A stretch of DNA of 64,000 nucleotides from an uncultured Alphaproteobacteria bacterium (GTDB taxonomy: Bacteria > Pseudomonadota > Alphaproteobacteria > CBDUYM01): assembly GCA_965371465.1 (NCBI GenBank), contig CBDUYM010000012.1, positions 15,821 to 79,820 on the forward strand. The letters are read 5' to 3'. This document shows, piece after piece, positions 38,130 to 48,458 of this stretch. The stretch's first letter is position 1. Each line of letters begins with the position of its first letter. The position numbers and the translations under genes were made by a program. The notes below the pieces were generated by a model. It worked only from the letters and a program-made list of their open reading frames with translations, did not search any database and was not told the DNA's origin.

Positions 38130-38618
38130 ATGGCGGGTAAGAAGCGAAAAAGCGTCGCCCATGGCGGCAATATAGCGGCAGAGAATCGCCGCGCGCGCTT
38201 TGACTTCAACATTGAAGAGACATTTGAAGCGGGCCTTCAGCTGAAGGGTACCGAAGTAAAGTCGCTGCGCGAAGGCCGCTCCAACATTCAGGAGAGCTAC
38301 GCCCGCGAGGAAGGCGGCGAAATCTGGCTTCTGAACGCCTACATTCCCGAATACGGCAAAGCATCCCACTTCAATCATGAGACCCGTCGGGCGAGAAAAC
38401 TCCTCCTTCACAAGCGTGAAGTAAAACGCCTGATGGGGCAGGTGAAGGAGCGGGGCAAGACGATCATTCCTTTGCGCATCTATTTCACGCCACGCGGCCT
38501 GGCCAAGGTGGAAATTGCCCTTGGCACAGGCAAGAAGCTCTACGACAAGCGCGCAACGCAGCGCGACCGGACCTGGACCAGAGACAGGCAGAGACTTTTG
38601 AAACGCGGAGTCGACTAG
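38130..38618 (+). CDS. smpB: SsrA-binding protein
   Basis: [29 protein letters not shown] and C-terminal basic tail. Confidence 0.95.
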   Translation: MAGKKRKSVAHGGNIAAENRRARFDFNIEETFEAGLQLKGTEVKSLREGRSNIQESYAREEGGEIWLLNAYIPEYGKASHFNHETRRARKLLLHKREVKRLMGQVKERGKTIIPLRIYFTPRGLAKVEIALGTGKKLYDKRATQRDRTWTRDRQRLLKRGVD

Positions 38619-39259
38619 CTTGCCAACTTTTCGCGCACTGTCCGAAAAGCGTCATGGAACATCTGCACAGTCAGACGCCCCGTGTTCGTGTTGTAGCGCG
38701 AACAGTGGTAGCTATCTACGAGCGTAATGCTGTCTGTTACAGTGTGGACTGCATTGTGGCCGAATTTGAACGCGGATTTCTTGTGGCCGAAAGCGCTGAC
38801 GACGCTGTCATGTGCGACTTTGCCGAGAGCGAGAATGACCTTCAAATCAGGCATCTCGGCGATCTGCGCCGAAAGAAACCGGCGGCATGTGTGAATTTCG
38901 GTTGTGGTCGGCTTGTTTTGTGGTGGCACGCATCTGACAGCGTTGCTGATCAGGCAGTTCACTAGCTTGAGCCCGTCATCAGGGCGCTGGTCGTAAGTGC
39001 CTTTTGCAAAACCGAAAGACGCAAGTGTCGAATAAAGAAGATCGCCTGCGTAGTCCCCTGTGAAGGGTCTGCCAGTGCGGTTCGCCCCGGTTATGCCCGG
39101 AGCAAGGCCCATGATTAGAAACTTCGCCGCCGGATCGCCGAACGACGGCACGGGTCTGTTGAACCAGTCGGGGTGCTGCAAACGCGTCTCTGCGAGGAAG
39201 CCGGCAAGTCTCGGGCACAAATTGCAGTCAGCTGCAGGTTCTGAATTTCCAATGCTCAT
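38615..39259 (-). CDS. Uracil-DNA glycosylase, family 4
   Basis: CNLCPRL...GLAPG...TGRPFTG motifs; start refined to MSIGNSE. Confidence 0.85.
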   Translation of the reverse strand: MSIGNSEPAADCNLCPRLAGFLAETRLQHPDWFNRPVPSFGDPAAKFLIMGLAPGITGANRTGRPFTGDYAGDLLYSTLASFGFAKGTYDQRPDDGLKLVNCLISNAVRCVPPQNKPTTTEIHTCRRFLSAQIAEMPDLKVILALGKVAHDSVVSAFGHKKSAFKFGHNAVHTVTDSITLVDSYHCSRYNTNTGRLTVQMFHDAFRTVREKLAS

Positions 39260-39319
39260 ATCCCGCTCATTGTTATAGTGGGAACCTGGAACTGGCAACG
39301 GGGTGCACTGGATCGCGAC

Positions 39320-39781
39320 ATGATAGGCATTGGCCTTGGGGCAAATTTACCGTCTGATCTTGGTCCGCCGGAAGTGACGCTGGCGGCTGCCCTTCGACTA
39401 ATGCCAGAGTTTGGCATAAGCGTACTGAAACGTTCTGGTTTCATCGAAACAGAGCCCGTGCCTCCCTCCGATCAGCCGAACTACGTAAATGCGGTGGCGC
39501 TTGTGGAAACGGATCTCTCGCCAATTGAACTGATGGCCTCTTTGCTGGCGCTCGAAACCCAGTTCGGCCGTGTCCGTACAGTCCGAAACGCGCCGCGCAT
39601 CATCGATCTTGATCTTCTCTTCTATAATGAGGTGGTGATGGCGGGCGCCGAGCTCTCGTTGCCCCATCCGCGCCTGGCGGAGAGGCTGTTCGTTGTCGGT
39701 CCATTGGCGGAGATAGCGCCGGATTGGCAGCATCCGATCAGTGGCGAGACGGCTTTTTTGCTCAACAAGCGGCTGAAATAG
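39320..39781 (+). CDS. folK: 2-amino-4-hydroxy-6-hydroxymethyldihydropteridine diphosphokinase
   Basis: IGLGANLP...RIIDLDLLFY HPPK motifs; start refined to MIGIGLG. Confidence 0.85.
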   Translation: MIGIGLGANLPSDLGPPEVTLAAALRLMPEFGISVLKRSGFIETEPVPPSDQPNYVNAVALVETDLSPIELMASLLALETQFGRVRTVRNAPRIIDLDLLFYNEVVMAGAELSLPHPRLAERLFVVGPLAEIAPDWQHPISGETAFLLNKRLK

Positions 39782-39862
39782 GGGATTTCACAGCAATTTC
39801 TTGCATTTTTTCGGCTTTCGCCCTATGAACGCGCACTCACAAATTTTCCGGAGAATTTGCCA

Positions 39863-40309
39863 ATGGCCCGCGTGACCGTCGAAGACTGTGTCGACAAGGT
39901 TCCCAACCGATTTGACCTTGTACTTATGGCTTCAAACAGGGCGCGCCAGATCGTCGCCGGCGAGCCGCTGACCGTGGATCGCGATGATGACAAAGACCCG
40001 GTTGTGGCTCTTCGCGAAATTGCCGAAGAGACCATCGACCCTGCCGACCTGTTGGAAAGCATCATTCTGGGCCTCCAGCGTCACGTTGAAGTGGAAGAGC
40101 CTGAAGAAGACGACATGGCGCTTCTGATGGCACGCGAAGGGCTGACCGCTCTGCCAGAGGATATGAAAAGCGCATCTGCGGCGCCCGGCCAAGCTGCCGG
40201 TCAGGCCAGGGCCGACGATCAGGCCGAGGAAGTCCCCGCCACCAAGACCCCGCAGCAGATTCTTGAGGAAATGTTTTCCGATGTGCCGGAGGCCTCCAAA
40301 GAGGACTAG
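39863..40309 (+). CDS. rpoZ: DNA-directed RNA polymerase subunit omega
   Basis: [30 protein letters not shown]; acidic C-terminal extension as in alphaproteobacterial RpoZ. Confidence 0.9.
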   Translation: MARVTVEDCVDKVPNRFDLVLMASNRARQIVAGEPLTVDRDDDKDPVVALREIAEETIDPADLLESIILGLQRHVEVEEPEEDDMALLMAREGLTALPEDMKSASAAPGQAAGQARADDQAEEVPATKTPQQILEEMFSDVPEASKED

Positions 40310-40403
40310 CAACGCTCAGCGCTCCGGCACGCCGCCGTTGCCGAACGGTTGGGAATTTGCTGTATCTATTGTAAACTGGCCCTGAAAAGGGCTTTAGACC
40401 AGG

Positions 40404-42569
40404 ATGATCCGCCAATACGAATTGGTTGAGCGAGTTCGCAGCTATGATGCTGATGCGGACGAACAGCTCCTGAATCGAGCCTATGTGTTTTCCATGAAGG
40501 CGCATGGGGCACAGACCCGCGCGTCGGGCGATCCATATTTCTCCCACCCCCTGGAAGTTGCCGGCATTCTCACTGAGCTGAAGCTTGATTGCGCCACCAT
40601 TGTGACAGCACTGTTGCACGACACTGTGGAAGATACCGTGGCGACGCCGGATCAGATCCGTTCCCTGTTCGGTGACGAGATTGCCCGACTGGTCGATGGG
40701 GTCACAAAACTGTCACAGATCGAGTTTGCGTCTGATGACACGAAGCAGGCGGAGAATTTCCGCAAGCTGCTGATCGCCATGTCAAATGACATCCGCGTCC
40801 TGCTGGTCAAGCTTGTTGACCGGCTCCACAACATGCGGACGCTTCATTTCATTAAAGATCAGGAACGCCGCAGGCGCATTGCACTCGAGACAATGGAAAT
40901 CTACGCACCCCTGGCAGAGCGCATCGGCATGCGGGATCTGAAGGACGAGCTTGAGGATCTGGCATTCGAGCAGCTGAATTCTGAAGCAAGAGCATCAATA
41001 TTGGCTCGCCTCGAATTCCTCAGGCGCGACGGCGGCAAGATTGTCGAGAAAATAGAGAAATCCATCTCCTCGACTCTTAAAAAGGGCGGCGTCGATGCTG
41101 ATGTCATTGGCCGCGAGAAACATCCTTTCTCGATCTGGCGAAAGATGGATCAGAAAAAGCTTACCTTCGATCAGCTCTCGGACATCATCGCTTTTCGGAT
41201 CGTAATCAAGGACGATGCTGACTGCTATCAGGTGATGGGCGTGTTGCACGCGGCCTGGCCAAATGTGCCAGGGACGTTCAAGGATTACGTTTCTTTGCCG
41301 AAGCCGAATGGATATCAGTCTCTGCACACAGCGGTGATGGGGCCTGAGCAACGCCGTATCGAGCTTCAGATCAGAACAGAGGCGATGCATCAGATTGCCG
41401 AGCGGGGCGTTGCAGCGCATTGGCGCTATAAGCAGGGCCAGCCAAAAGTCGGCGCCAAGTCGGATCCCAAGTCCGCGACCGGACCCCAGGCTACGCCCTA
41501 TCGCTGGTTGCGGGAGCTGCTGGAAATCCTCGAAAACGCTGAGACCATGGAAGAGTTTCTGGAACATACGAAACTTGAGATGTTCCAGGATCAGGTCTTT
41601 TGTTTTTCGCCGAAGGGCGATCTGATTGCGCTGCCACAAGGGGCGACCCCGGTTGACTTTGCCTATGCGGTCCACACAGAAATTGGCAACGCCTGCGTTG
41701 GCGCAAAAGTGAATGGGCGTCTGACTGCGCTGCGTTCGATTCTTGAAAATGGCGATCAGGTTGAGATCATTTGCTCTGAAACACAGGAACCTATGCCCCA
41801 GTGGGAGGATTTTGTTGTTTCGGGCAAGGCGCAGTCGGCGATCCGTCAGCATATTCGAAAACTGAAGAAGGCCGAGTACCTGACTCTGGGCGCTGCCATC
41901 ATCAAAGGGACGTTTCGTCAGCAGGGTAAGCGTGTGCCCAGGCGCCAGATAGCGCGTGTCGCCCAGGAATTTCATCTTGAAAGCTCGGATGAGCTTTATG
42001 GCGAGGTGGGCCGAGGCAATCTGACCGGGCAACAGGTCTTCAAAGCGGTCTATCCAGATGAAACATTCATGCATGAGCCGAACCTGCATCCGGGCGGTGA
42101 GGCCGGTTTCAGCGGCCCGGTTGTGCCGGTGCACGGGCTGAAGAAGGGCCACGCGCTTCATTACGGCGCATGCTGCCATCCGCTGCCCGGTGATCGTATT
42201 GTCGGCATTATGTCTCAGGGCCATGGCATCAACGTCCATACGATTGATTGCAGCCAGTTGGAGCCATTCCACGACCAGCCCGATCTCTGGTGCGATGTCA
42301 ACTGGGATCCGAAGGCTGGCGAAGAAGAATATTATCTTGGGCAGATCAGCCTTGTCGTGCAGAACACGCCGGGCGCGCTTGGCAAGCTCTCTGAAATGAT
42401 TGCCGACGGCGGAGGTAACATTTCGAACCTTGATATCCTTGATCGCAGCCCCGAGTTCTACGAAATGACGGTGGACATTGAAGTTCACGATGTGAAACAA
42501 CTGGCCGAAATCATTATGACTGCGCACGAGCTTGACGTGATTGAAAAAGTCGAGCGAATTCACGGTTAG
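40404..42569 (+). CDS. rel: Bifunctional (p)ppGpp synthetase/hydrolase (RelA/SpoT homologue)
   Basis: HD domain (HDTVEDT), synthetase domain, TGS and ACT regions; 721 aa, directly after rpoZ. Confidence 0.95.
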   Translation: MIRQYELVERVRSYDADADEQLLNRAYVFSMKAHGAQTRASGDPYFSHPLEVAGILTELKLDCATIVTALLHDTVEDTVATPDQIRSLFGDEIARLVDGVTKLSQIEFASDDTKQAENFRKLLIAMSNDIRVLLVKLVDRLHNMRTLHFIKDQERRRRIALETMEIYAPLAERIGMRDLKDELEDLAFEQLNSEARASILARLEFLRRDGGKIVEKIEKSISSTLKKGGVDADVIGREKHPFSIWRKMDQKKLTFDQLSDIIAFRIVIKDDADCYQVMGVLHAAWPNVPGTFKDYVSLPKPNGYQSLHTAVMGPEQRRIELQIRTEAMHQIAERGVAAHWRYKQGQPKVGAKSDPKSATGPQATPYRWLRELLEILENAETMEEFLEHTKLEMFQDQVFCFSPKGDLIALPQGATPVDFAYAVHTEIGNACVGAKVNGRLTALRSILENGDQVEIICSETQEPMPQWEDFVVSGKAQSAIRQHIRKLKKAEYLTLGAAIIKGTFRQQGKRVPRRQIARVAQEFHLESSDELYGEVGRGNLTGQQVFKAVYPDETFMHEPNLHPGGEAGFSGPVVPVHGLKKGHALHYGACCHPLPGDRIVGIMSQGHGINVHTIDCSQLEPFHDQPDLWCDVNWDPKAGEEEYYLGQISLVVQNTPGALGKLSEMIADGGGNISNLDILDRSPEFYEMTVDIEVHDVKQLAEIIMTAHELDVIEKVERIHG

Positions 42570-42587
42570 TCTTCTAAGGGAAGCCAT

Positions 42588-43172
42588 ATGACTGATGACG
42601 AGGTTCTTGATGCATTTCGCGCCTCGGACGCTCTACTGGAAGGACACTTTATTCTGTCTTCCGGAAAACATTCTTCAGCTTATCTTCAGTGCGCGCTTGT
42701 GCTTGCCGATGCGGCAAAGGCCGAGAAATTGTGCAGTGCCCTGGCCCTGAAAGTGCGCAATGAGATCGTGGATGAGATCGAGCTGGTTGTCTCACCCGCC
42801 ATGGGGGGCGTTGTGGTCGGCTATGAAATGGGCCGCCAATTGTCTGTGCCGGCGATCTTCACCGAACGCGTTGATGGCGAATTCAGCTTTCGCCGCGGCT
42901 TCGCCGTGCCGCAAGGGGCGAATGTGCTGATGGTGGAAGATGTTGTCACCACAGGCCTGTCGAGCCGCGAGTGCATTGAAACCATTCGATCCGCAGGCGG
43001 CAACGTTGTCGGTGCGACCTGTCTTGTCGATCGTTCGGGCGGCAAAGCAGACGTGGGCGTGCCCCTTGTGCCCCTGATCGCTCTTGAAGTGCCGGTCTTT
43101 GATGCCGATGCCGTCCCGGCGGACCTTAAGGACGTTCCGGCGGTGAAGCCGGGCAGTCGATTGCTTACCTGA
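42588..43172 (+). CDS. pyrE: Orotate phosphoribosyltransferase
   Basis: PRPP-binding motif VLMVEDVVTTGLS. Confidence 0.9.
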   Translation: MTDDEVLDAFRASDALLEGHFILSSGKHSSAYLQCALVLADAAKAEKLCSALALKVRNEIVDEIELVVSPAMGGVVVGYEMGRQLSVPAIFTERVDGEFSFRRGFAVPQGANVLMVEDVVTTGLSSRECIETIRSAGGNVVGATCLVDRSGGKADVGVPLVPLIALEVPVFDADAVPADLKDVPAVKPGSRLLT

Positions 43173-43173
43173 G

Positions 43174-43794
43174 ATGCTGTTCAGACGCAGAGAAAAACGA
43201 TCCCCAGGCACAGTTGCACGTGAGCTGATTTGGCCAAGTGCGGGATGGCGTCGAACCTTGATCTATCTCAGGCATCGGATTCAGCGCCTGCCTGGAACAC
43301 CATATGTTATCGCCGGCGGACTGGCATCTGGCGTCGCGGTTTCGTTTACGCCGTTTATCGGGCTTCATTTTGTGCTCGCCGCAATTTTGGCCTGGAGTTT
43401 GCGAACCAGCATTATTGCGTCGGCCATTGGCACCGCTGCAGGCAACCCCTGGACGTTTCCTTTGATCTGGGCAGCCGTGTATCAGATTGGGAACGCAATT
43501 TTGGGCCGTGAAGGCACGGAAGCTGAGATTGAACTGACCGCCGACCTCATTTTCGGAATATTTGGCGATCTGTTCACGTTCAAACTGGAAGCACTCAGTG
43601 ATCTGTGGTTCCAGATTCTTGCACCCATGACACTTGGCGGCGCGATTCTAGGTGCCGTTTCCTGGGGCGTTACATTCGCTGTATTTTACGTTCTGGTGAA
43701 GGACTACCAGAAGCTGCGGCGTCGCAGAATTGGGGCCAGGACTGAGCGCATGAAATCTGGCATCGACCAGTCACAGAATCTTGAGCAGGACTAG
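43174..43794 (+). CDS. DUF2062-family membrane protein
   Basis: 206 aa with hydrophobic segments; family assignment from recalled pattern; sits between pyrE and acpS. Confidence 0.6.
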   Translation: MLFRRREKRSPGTVARELIWPSAGWRRTLIYLRHRIQRLPGTPYVIAGGLASGVAVSFTPFIGLHFVLAAILAWSLRTSIIASAIGTAAGNPWTFPLIWAAVYQIGNAILGREGTEAEIELTADLIFGIFGDLFTFKLEALSDLWFQILAPMTLGGAILGAVSWGVTFAVFYVLVKDYQKLRRRRIGARTERMKSGIDQSQNLEQD

Positions 43795-43797
43795 AGA

Positions 43798-44220
43798 ATG
43801 CATGTTCTTGGCATAGGCAGTGACCTCATTGACATCCGGCGCATCGAGAGAACCATTGATCGGTTCGGGGATCGTTTCCTCGACAGGATTTACACTGATC
43901 TGGAGAAGCAGCGATCCGATGGCCGAAGGAACAGAATTGAGAGTTATGCCAAACGCTATGCTGCGAAAGAGGCCTGCTCAAAGGCGCTCGGTACCGGATT
44001 TCGCCGTGGCGTCTATTGGCGTGATATGGGCGTCGCCAACATGCGCGGTGGCAAGCCGACAATGGTGCTGACCAATGGTGCGCTTCTGCGGCTGACCGAA
44101 ATCACCCCTGAAGGCATGGTCGCTCAGATAGATCTCACGATCACCGATGAGCCGCCTATGGCACAAGCTTTCGTTATGATCACAGCCGTGCCTGTGCCGA
44201 TCACAGAATCGGCCAGTTAG
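43798..44220 (+). CDS. acpS: Holo-[acyl-carrier-protein] synthase
   Basis: [17 protein letters not shown]...[14 protein letters not shown] signature. Confidence 0.9.
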   Translation: MHVLGIGSDLIDIRRIERTIDRFGDRFLDRIYTDLEKQRSDGRRNRIESYAKRYAAKEACSKALGTGFRRGVYWRDMGVANMRGGKPTMVLTNGALLRLTEITPEGMVAQIDLTITDEPPMAQAFVMITAVPVPITESAS

Positions 44221-44298
44221 CGTAAGTTTCAGGCAGTTTCACGCGCCTTGACAGGCCATGACAGCGCAGGTCATATGGGCTGGAAACCGGAGGACTAG

Positions 44299-45102
44299 AT
44301 GGCAGCAGACGACGAGATCGTTGATGAGAGCGGCGAAGAGGAGATCGAACGCGTAAAAGGCGGGGGCTTTGGTGAAAATGTCCGCACTATCCTCTACGCC
44401 ATTTTGATTGCTCTCGTGATCCGTACCGTTGCCTATTCACCGAGAAGTATTCCCTCTGAATCGATGCTGCCGACGCTTTTGATCGGGGACTATCTTTTTG
44501 TTTCAAAGTTCGCCTATGGATACAGCCGATATTCCTTGCCGTTCGGTCCGCCGATTTTCGATGGCCGGATATTTGAAAGCTCTGTCGAGCCCGGTGACGT
44601 GATTGTATTCAAACTGCCCCGGGATAACGAAACTGACTACATCAAGCGTGTGATCGGGCTTCCAGGGGATCGCATCCAGATGATCAATGGCGTGCTCCAC
44701 ATCAATGATCAGACCATTCCACGCATAGATGCCGGCAGCTTCGAGATTTCGAAGGGCGGTATGAGCTTTCGTGTGCCGCAATACAAAGAGACGCTGCCAA
44801 ACGGTGTCAGCTACCTGACGCTTGACGCAATCCGTAACGGTCCCTCTGACAACACGCGCGTGTTTACCGTGCCCGAGGGGCACCTGTTTGCCATGGGGGA
44901 CAATCGCGACAATTCTCTCGACAGCCGTGCGCCGTTTACCATTGGCGTCGGCAATATCCCCATTGAAAACGTCATTGGCCGGGCTGAGGTGCTATTCTAT
45001 TCAACGGACGGTTCAGCCAGCTGGTGGCAATTCTGGCGCTGGCCCAGTGCAATCCGTTATGACAGGATATTCACATCGGTAGCATGGTCGGAGGATGACT
45101 AG
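44299..45102 (+). CDS. lepB: Signal peptidase I
   Basis: Catalytic Ser box SIPSESMLPTL and GDNRDNSLDSR box. Confidence 0.9.
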   Translation: MAADDEIVDESGEEEIERVKGGGFGENVRTILYAILIALVIRTVAYSPRSIPSESMLPTLLIGDYLFVSKFAYGYSRYSLPFGPPIFDGRIFESSVEPGDVIVFKLPRDNETDYIKRVIGLPGDRIQMINGVLHINDQTIPRIDAGSFEISKGGMSFRVPQYKETLPNGVSYLTLDAIRNGPSDNTRVFTVPEGHLFAMGDNRDNSLDSRAPFTIGVGNIPIENVIGRAEVLFYSTDGSASWWQFWRWPSAIRYDRIFTSVAWSEDD

Positions 45103-45125
45103 GCGAGCCCGATGGTCAAAATCAA

Positions 45126-45818
45126 ATGGATTTCTTGAACCTCTATAATGCTATCGGTTACACATTCAAGGAACCGGATCTTCTGGCAGAGGCGCTGACG
45201 CATCCGAGCAGCGGGAAGAGCTTCAGCTATGAAAGACTTGAATTCCTGGGCGATCGTATCCTTGGCCTGGTGATCGCTGAATGGCTTTACGCGAACTATC
45301 CCGACGCCAGCGAGGGTGAGATAGCACCCAAGCTGAACGAGCTTGTCCGTAAGGAATCATGCGCAGATGTGGCTTCAGATCTGGGCCTCGGCGAATTTGT
45401 CGCTCTGGCTCAGGGCGAGGTTGATACGGGTGGGCGGGCGAAAACCAGCATCCTTGGCGACATTGTCGAGTCCGTCATTGCAGCGATCTATCTTGATGGC
45501 GGCCTCGAGCCTGCCAGTACATTTATTCACGCCAACTGGGCGCAGATGTTTGAAGGAGCAGACGAGATTACGATCGATGCCAAAACACAGTTGCAGGAGT
45601 GGGCGCAGGCGCTTGGCAAGCGATTGCCCGAATATGTCGTCAAGAGCCGTCAGGGCCCGGATCATGCGCCTGTGTTCACTGTGGAAGTGACGGTAAACGG
45701 CTATCCGACTGTGGAAGGCATGGGTACATCAAAGCGAAACGCGGAACGCGCGGCAGCTACTGCTTTGCTGGCTGCGCACTACAGTGATGACGACAATGAT
45801 GATGTGGCCATCGGATGA
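45126..45818 (+). CDS. rnc: Ribonuclease III
   Basis: RNase III signature ERLEFLGDRILG and C-terminal dsRBD. Confidence 0.95.
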   Translation: MDFLNLYNAIGYTFKEPDLLAEALTHPSSGKSFSYERLEFLGDRILGLVIAEWLYANYPDASEGEIAPKLNELVRKESCADVASDLGLGEFVALAQGEVDTGGRAKTSILGDIVESVIAAIYLDGGLEPASTFIHANWAQMFEGADEITIDAKTQLQEWAQALGKRLPEYVVKSRQGPDHAPVFTVEVTVNGYPTVEGMGTSKRNAERAAATALLAAHYSDDDNDDVAIG

Positions 45819-46717
45819 GCCACACAAAATGTGGATATGTCGCTCTGATTGGCGCACCAAACGCCGGGAAATCGACACTTCTCAATCAGCTCCTGGGCGT
45901 AAAAATATCCATTGTAACCCGCAAGGTTCAGACTACGCGGACACGGATCACGGCCATTGGTCTCCGTGGAGACAGTCAGGTCGTTTTTGTTGATACGCCG
46001 GGCATTTTCGAACCTAAACGACGTCTTGATCGCGCCATGGTCAGCGCTGCCTGGGCTGGCGTCGATGAGGCTGATCTTGTAGCCCTTCTGATAGATGCGG
46101 AACGTGGACTTGATCGCGACAGCCGTAACATTATTGATGGGCTTCGCGAGCGTAAACGAAACGCGATCGTAATCCTGAACAAGACGGATGCGGTCAGGAA
46201 AGAAAGTCTCCTGACGCTGGCGGACGAGATTCAACGTATGAAATTGTTCGCTGAGATATTTATGGTTTCGGCCCTGAAAGGTGATGGCACGGACGAGCTA
46301 TACGATTATTTGGCAGCTCAGATGCCGGATGGCCCCTGGCTCTATCCTGAAGATCAGCTTGCTGATTTTCCGGAGCGACTTTTGGCTTCGGAAATCACGC
46401 GAGAGAAGCTTTATCTCCGCCTGCATCAGGAGCTTCCTTACGCCTCAACAGTCGAGACCGAGACCTGGGAAGACAGAAGAGACGGCAGTGTGCGGATCGG
46501 CCAGGTCATTTTCGTTCGGCGAAATACGCAGAAATCCATCGTTCTGGGCAAAGGTGGCCAGACCATCAAGGCGATCGGCGCAGAATCGCGGAAGGAACTG
46601 GAGGAGATTCTTGACCGAAAAGTGCATCTGTTCCTGTTTGTGAAGGTTCGCAAGGACTGGGAGGATGATCCGGAGCGCTATCGTGAAATGGGTCTCGAAT
46701 TTCCGAAGAAAGCATGA
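45815..46717 (+). CDS. era: GTPase Era
   Basis: G1 GAPNAGKST, G3 DTPG, G4 NKTD, and KH domain; overlaps the rnc stop. Confidence 0.95.
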   Translation: MSHTKCGYVALIGAPNAGKSTLLNQLLGVKISIVTRKVQTTRTRITAIGLRGDSQVVFVDTPGIFEPKRRLDRAMVSAAWAGVDEADLVALLIDAERGLDRDSRNIIDGLRERKRNAIVILNKTDAVRKESLLTLADEIQRMKLFAEIFMVSALKGDGTDELYDYLAAQMPDGPWLYPEDQLADFPERLLASEITREKLYLRLHQELPYASTVETETWEDRRDGSVRIGQVIFVRRNTQKSIVLGKGGQTIKAIGAESRKELEEILDRKVHLFLFVKVRKDWEDDPERYREMGLEFPKKA

Positions 46718-46749
46718 CATTCTAGGGGAGTCAGGCTTGGTACTCAGGC

Positions 46750-47700
46750 TTGGCCAGGAAAAGCTGGATCATGATTGCACCGATTTCTGCTCTTCAGATA
46801 CTAAAGGAAGCCCTGTCAGGCTTTGACGGGCGCAATGCCTTGCTGGTTTTGTTCCCGGCGGCTCTGTTCGTTACTTTTTTTGCGCTTGCCATGCGCTTCG
46901 TTGAAACATCGGGGATCAGTCTGGGGGACGGACCGCAGGTTCTTCTTGTCCTCCTGTTCCTGATCCTTGGGGCGCAGATCGCCGTGTCCCTGTTGCCTGG
47001 CCAGGTGAATGATACGCTGCCATTTCTCATGTGGAGCCCGCGGCACACGACTGTGTTCCTGGCATTTCTAAGCATTCTTCTGGCGGCGGCTTTTTTACAG
47101 GACATGGCCATTGCCATCGCCGCGGGGCTTGAGGCGGAAGTTGACCATTTTGACGCGCAGGCCGAGCTTTATGCCATGGCGGGCATGGAGGGTGGATTGC
47201 GCGTATCAAGATCGACAGCCAATATGGCGTTGATGACGATTATATTTATGCCCCTGTTCATCCTGATGTCTGCGACGGTGCTCCTTCTCTTCACCACCGT
47301 GCCGATTTTTCTTGCGGCCCGGCTATTGCCCCTCATCGCAGGCAAACTTCGCGGCGAAGAAGTGAGCCTTGGCGATTGTTGGCGCTACACCATCGGTAAT
47401 GCAGCCCAGCTTACGCTCATTGCCCTCGGTATCTGTGTATTGTTCCTTGTGGCGAATGTTCTCGGATCCGGACTGGCAACCTCAGTCCACTTCATGATCG
47501 CCGATTCTTTGCCATGGACCTCAGACCTGATTGAGATACTATTGGTTACAGCCCTGAACTTTGGCGCCCTGATGCTATCTGTCGATCTGCTTCTCAAAGC
47601 TGACGCGGCGCTGGAGGCGGTGCGGAGCGTGGCACGGGCAACAGCCAGAAGTCGATACCGACTTCAGGGCGGTACGGGTGAGGCCGTTGGATTGGTCTGA
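46750..47700 (+). CDS. Hypothetical integral membrane protein
   Basis: 316 aa with about 6 hydrophobic segments; lies between era and recO. Confidence 0.5.
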   Translation: MARKSWIMIAPISALQILKEALSGFDGRNALLVLFPAALFVTFFALAMRFVETSGISLGDGPQVLLVLLFLILGAQIAVSLLPGQVNDTLPFLMWSPRHTTVFLAFLSILLAAAFLQDMAIAIAAGLEAEVDHFDAQAELYAMAGMEGGLRVSRSTANMALMTIIFMPLFILMSATVLLLFTTVPIFLAARLLPLIAGKLRGEEVSLGDCWRYTIGNAAQLTLIALGICVLFLVANVLGSGLATSVHFMIADSLPWTSDLIEILLVTALNFGALMLSVDLLLKADAALEAVRSVARATARSRYRLQGGTGEAVGLV

Positions 47701-48445
47701 CGAAGGCATTGTGCTCCGCGTCAGCAGACACGGTGAAACAAGCTCCATCGTTACATTGCTGACCCGCCACCATGGCCGCCACGCGGGCCTGGTCCGCGGC
47801 GGTGCGGGCAGACGACATCGCGGCACATTGCAGACCGGAAACTCGATCAAGGCTCATTGGCGTGCGCGTCTCGCCGATCACCTCGGCACGATGACGGTTG
47901 AACTCCTGGAAGCCCGCGCTGCTGCATGCCTTGCCCATGGCCTTTCACTTGCGGGGCTAAGTGCGGCCTGCGCCGTGGTGGAGCGTGCATTGCCAGAACG
48001 TGAGCTGCATCCTGCCATCCATCAAGCCCTTGAAGCGCTTCTCGATACAATCGTTGCCCACGCCGGCGAAGCAGATGAAGCTTCGGTCTGGGGACCAGCG
48101 CTCGTCACTTTCGAGATCGGCCTCCTCCATGAGCTCGGCTTCGGCCTCGACCTCAGCCATTGCGCAGTCACCGGTGCAACCACAGATCTCGCTTATGTCT
48201 CGCCCAATTCCGGCAAGGCAGTTTCCATCTCGGCTGCTGGCACCTACAAAGACCGGCTCCTCAAACTGCCGACATTCCTCGGTGGCAGCGGCGGCGAAAC
48301 TGGCGCCGAAGATATCCACAACGGACTTCTCCTCAGCGGCTACTTTCTTGCTGCCCACGTGTTCGCCGACAACAGCGGCAACGGTGCCAATGCGAATGAC
48401 AGCAACCTGCCGCCCGCGCGACAAAGGTTGCTGGAGGCGATTTAG
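47678..48445 (+). CDS. recO: DNA repair protein RecO
   Basis: N-terminal OB-fold pattern EGIVLRVSRHGETSSIVTLLTRHHGRHAGLVRGG and Cys-containing region; GTG start overlapping the preceding ORF by 23 nt. Confidence 0.8.
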   Translation: MRPLDWSDEGIVLRVSRHGETSSIVTLLTRHHGRHAGLVRGGAGRRHRGTLQTGNSIKAHWRARLADHLGTMTVELLEARAAACLAHGLSLAGLSAACAVVERALPERELHPAIHQALEALLDTIVAHAGEADEASVWGPALVTFEIGLLHELGFGLDLSHCAVTGATTDLAYVSPNSGKAVSISAAGTYKDRLLKLPTFLGGSGGETGAEDIHNGLLLSGYFLAAHVFADNSGNGANANDSNLPPARQRLLEAI

Positions 48446-48458
48446 GGCATATTTGAGT

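Noticed and set aside
40995-42587. 530-aa ORF on the minus strand
   Set aside because: Antisense within rel/spoT, a highly conserved gene; spurious long open frame.
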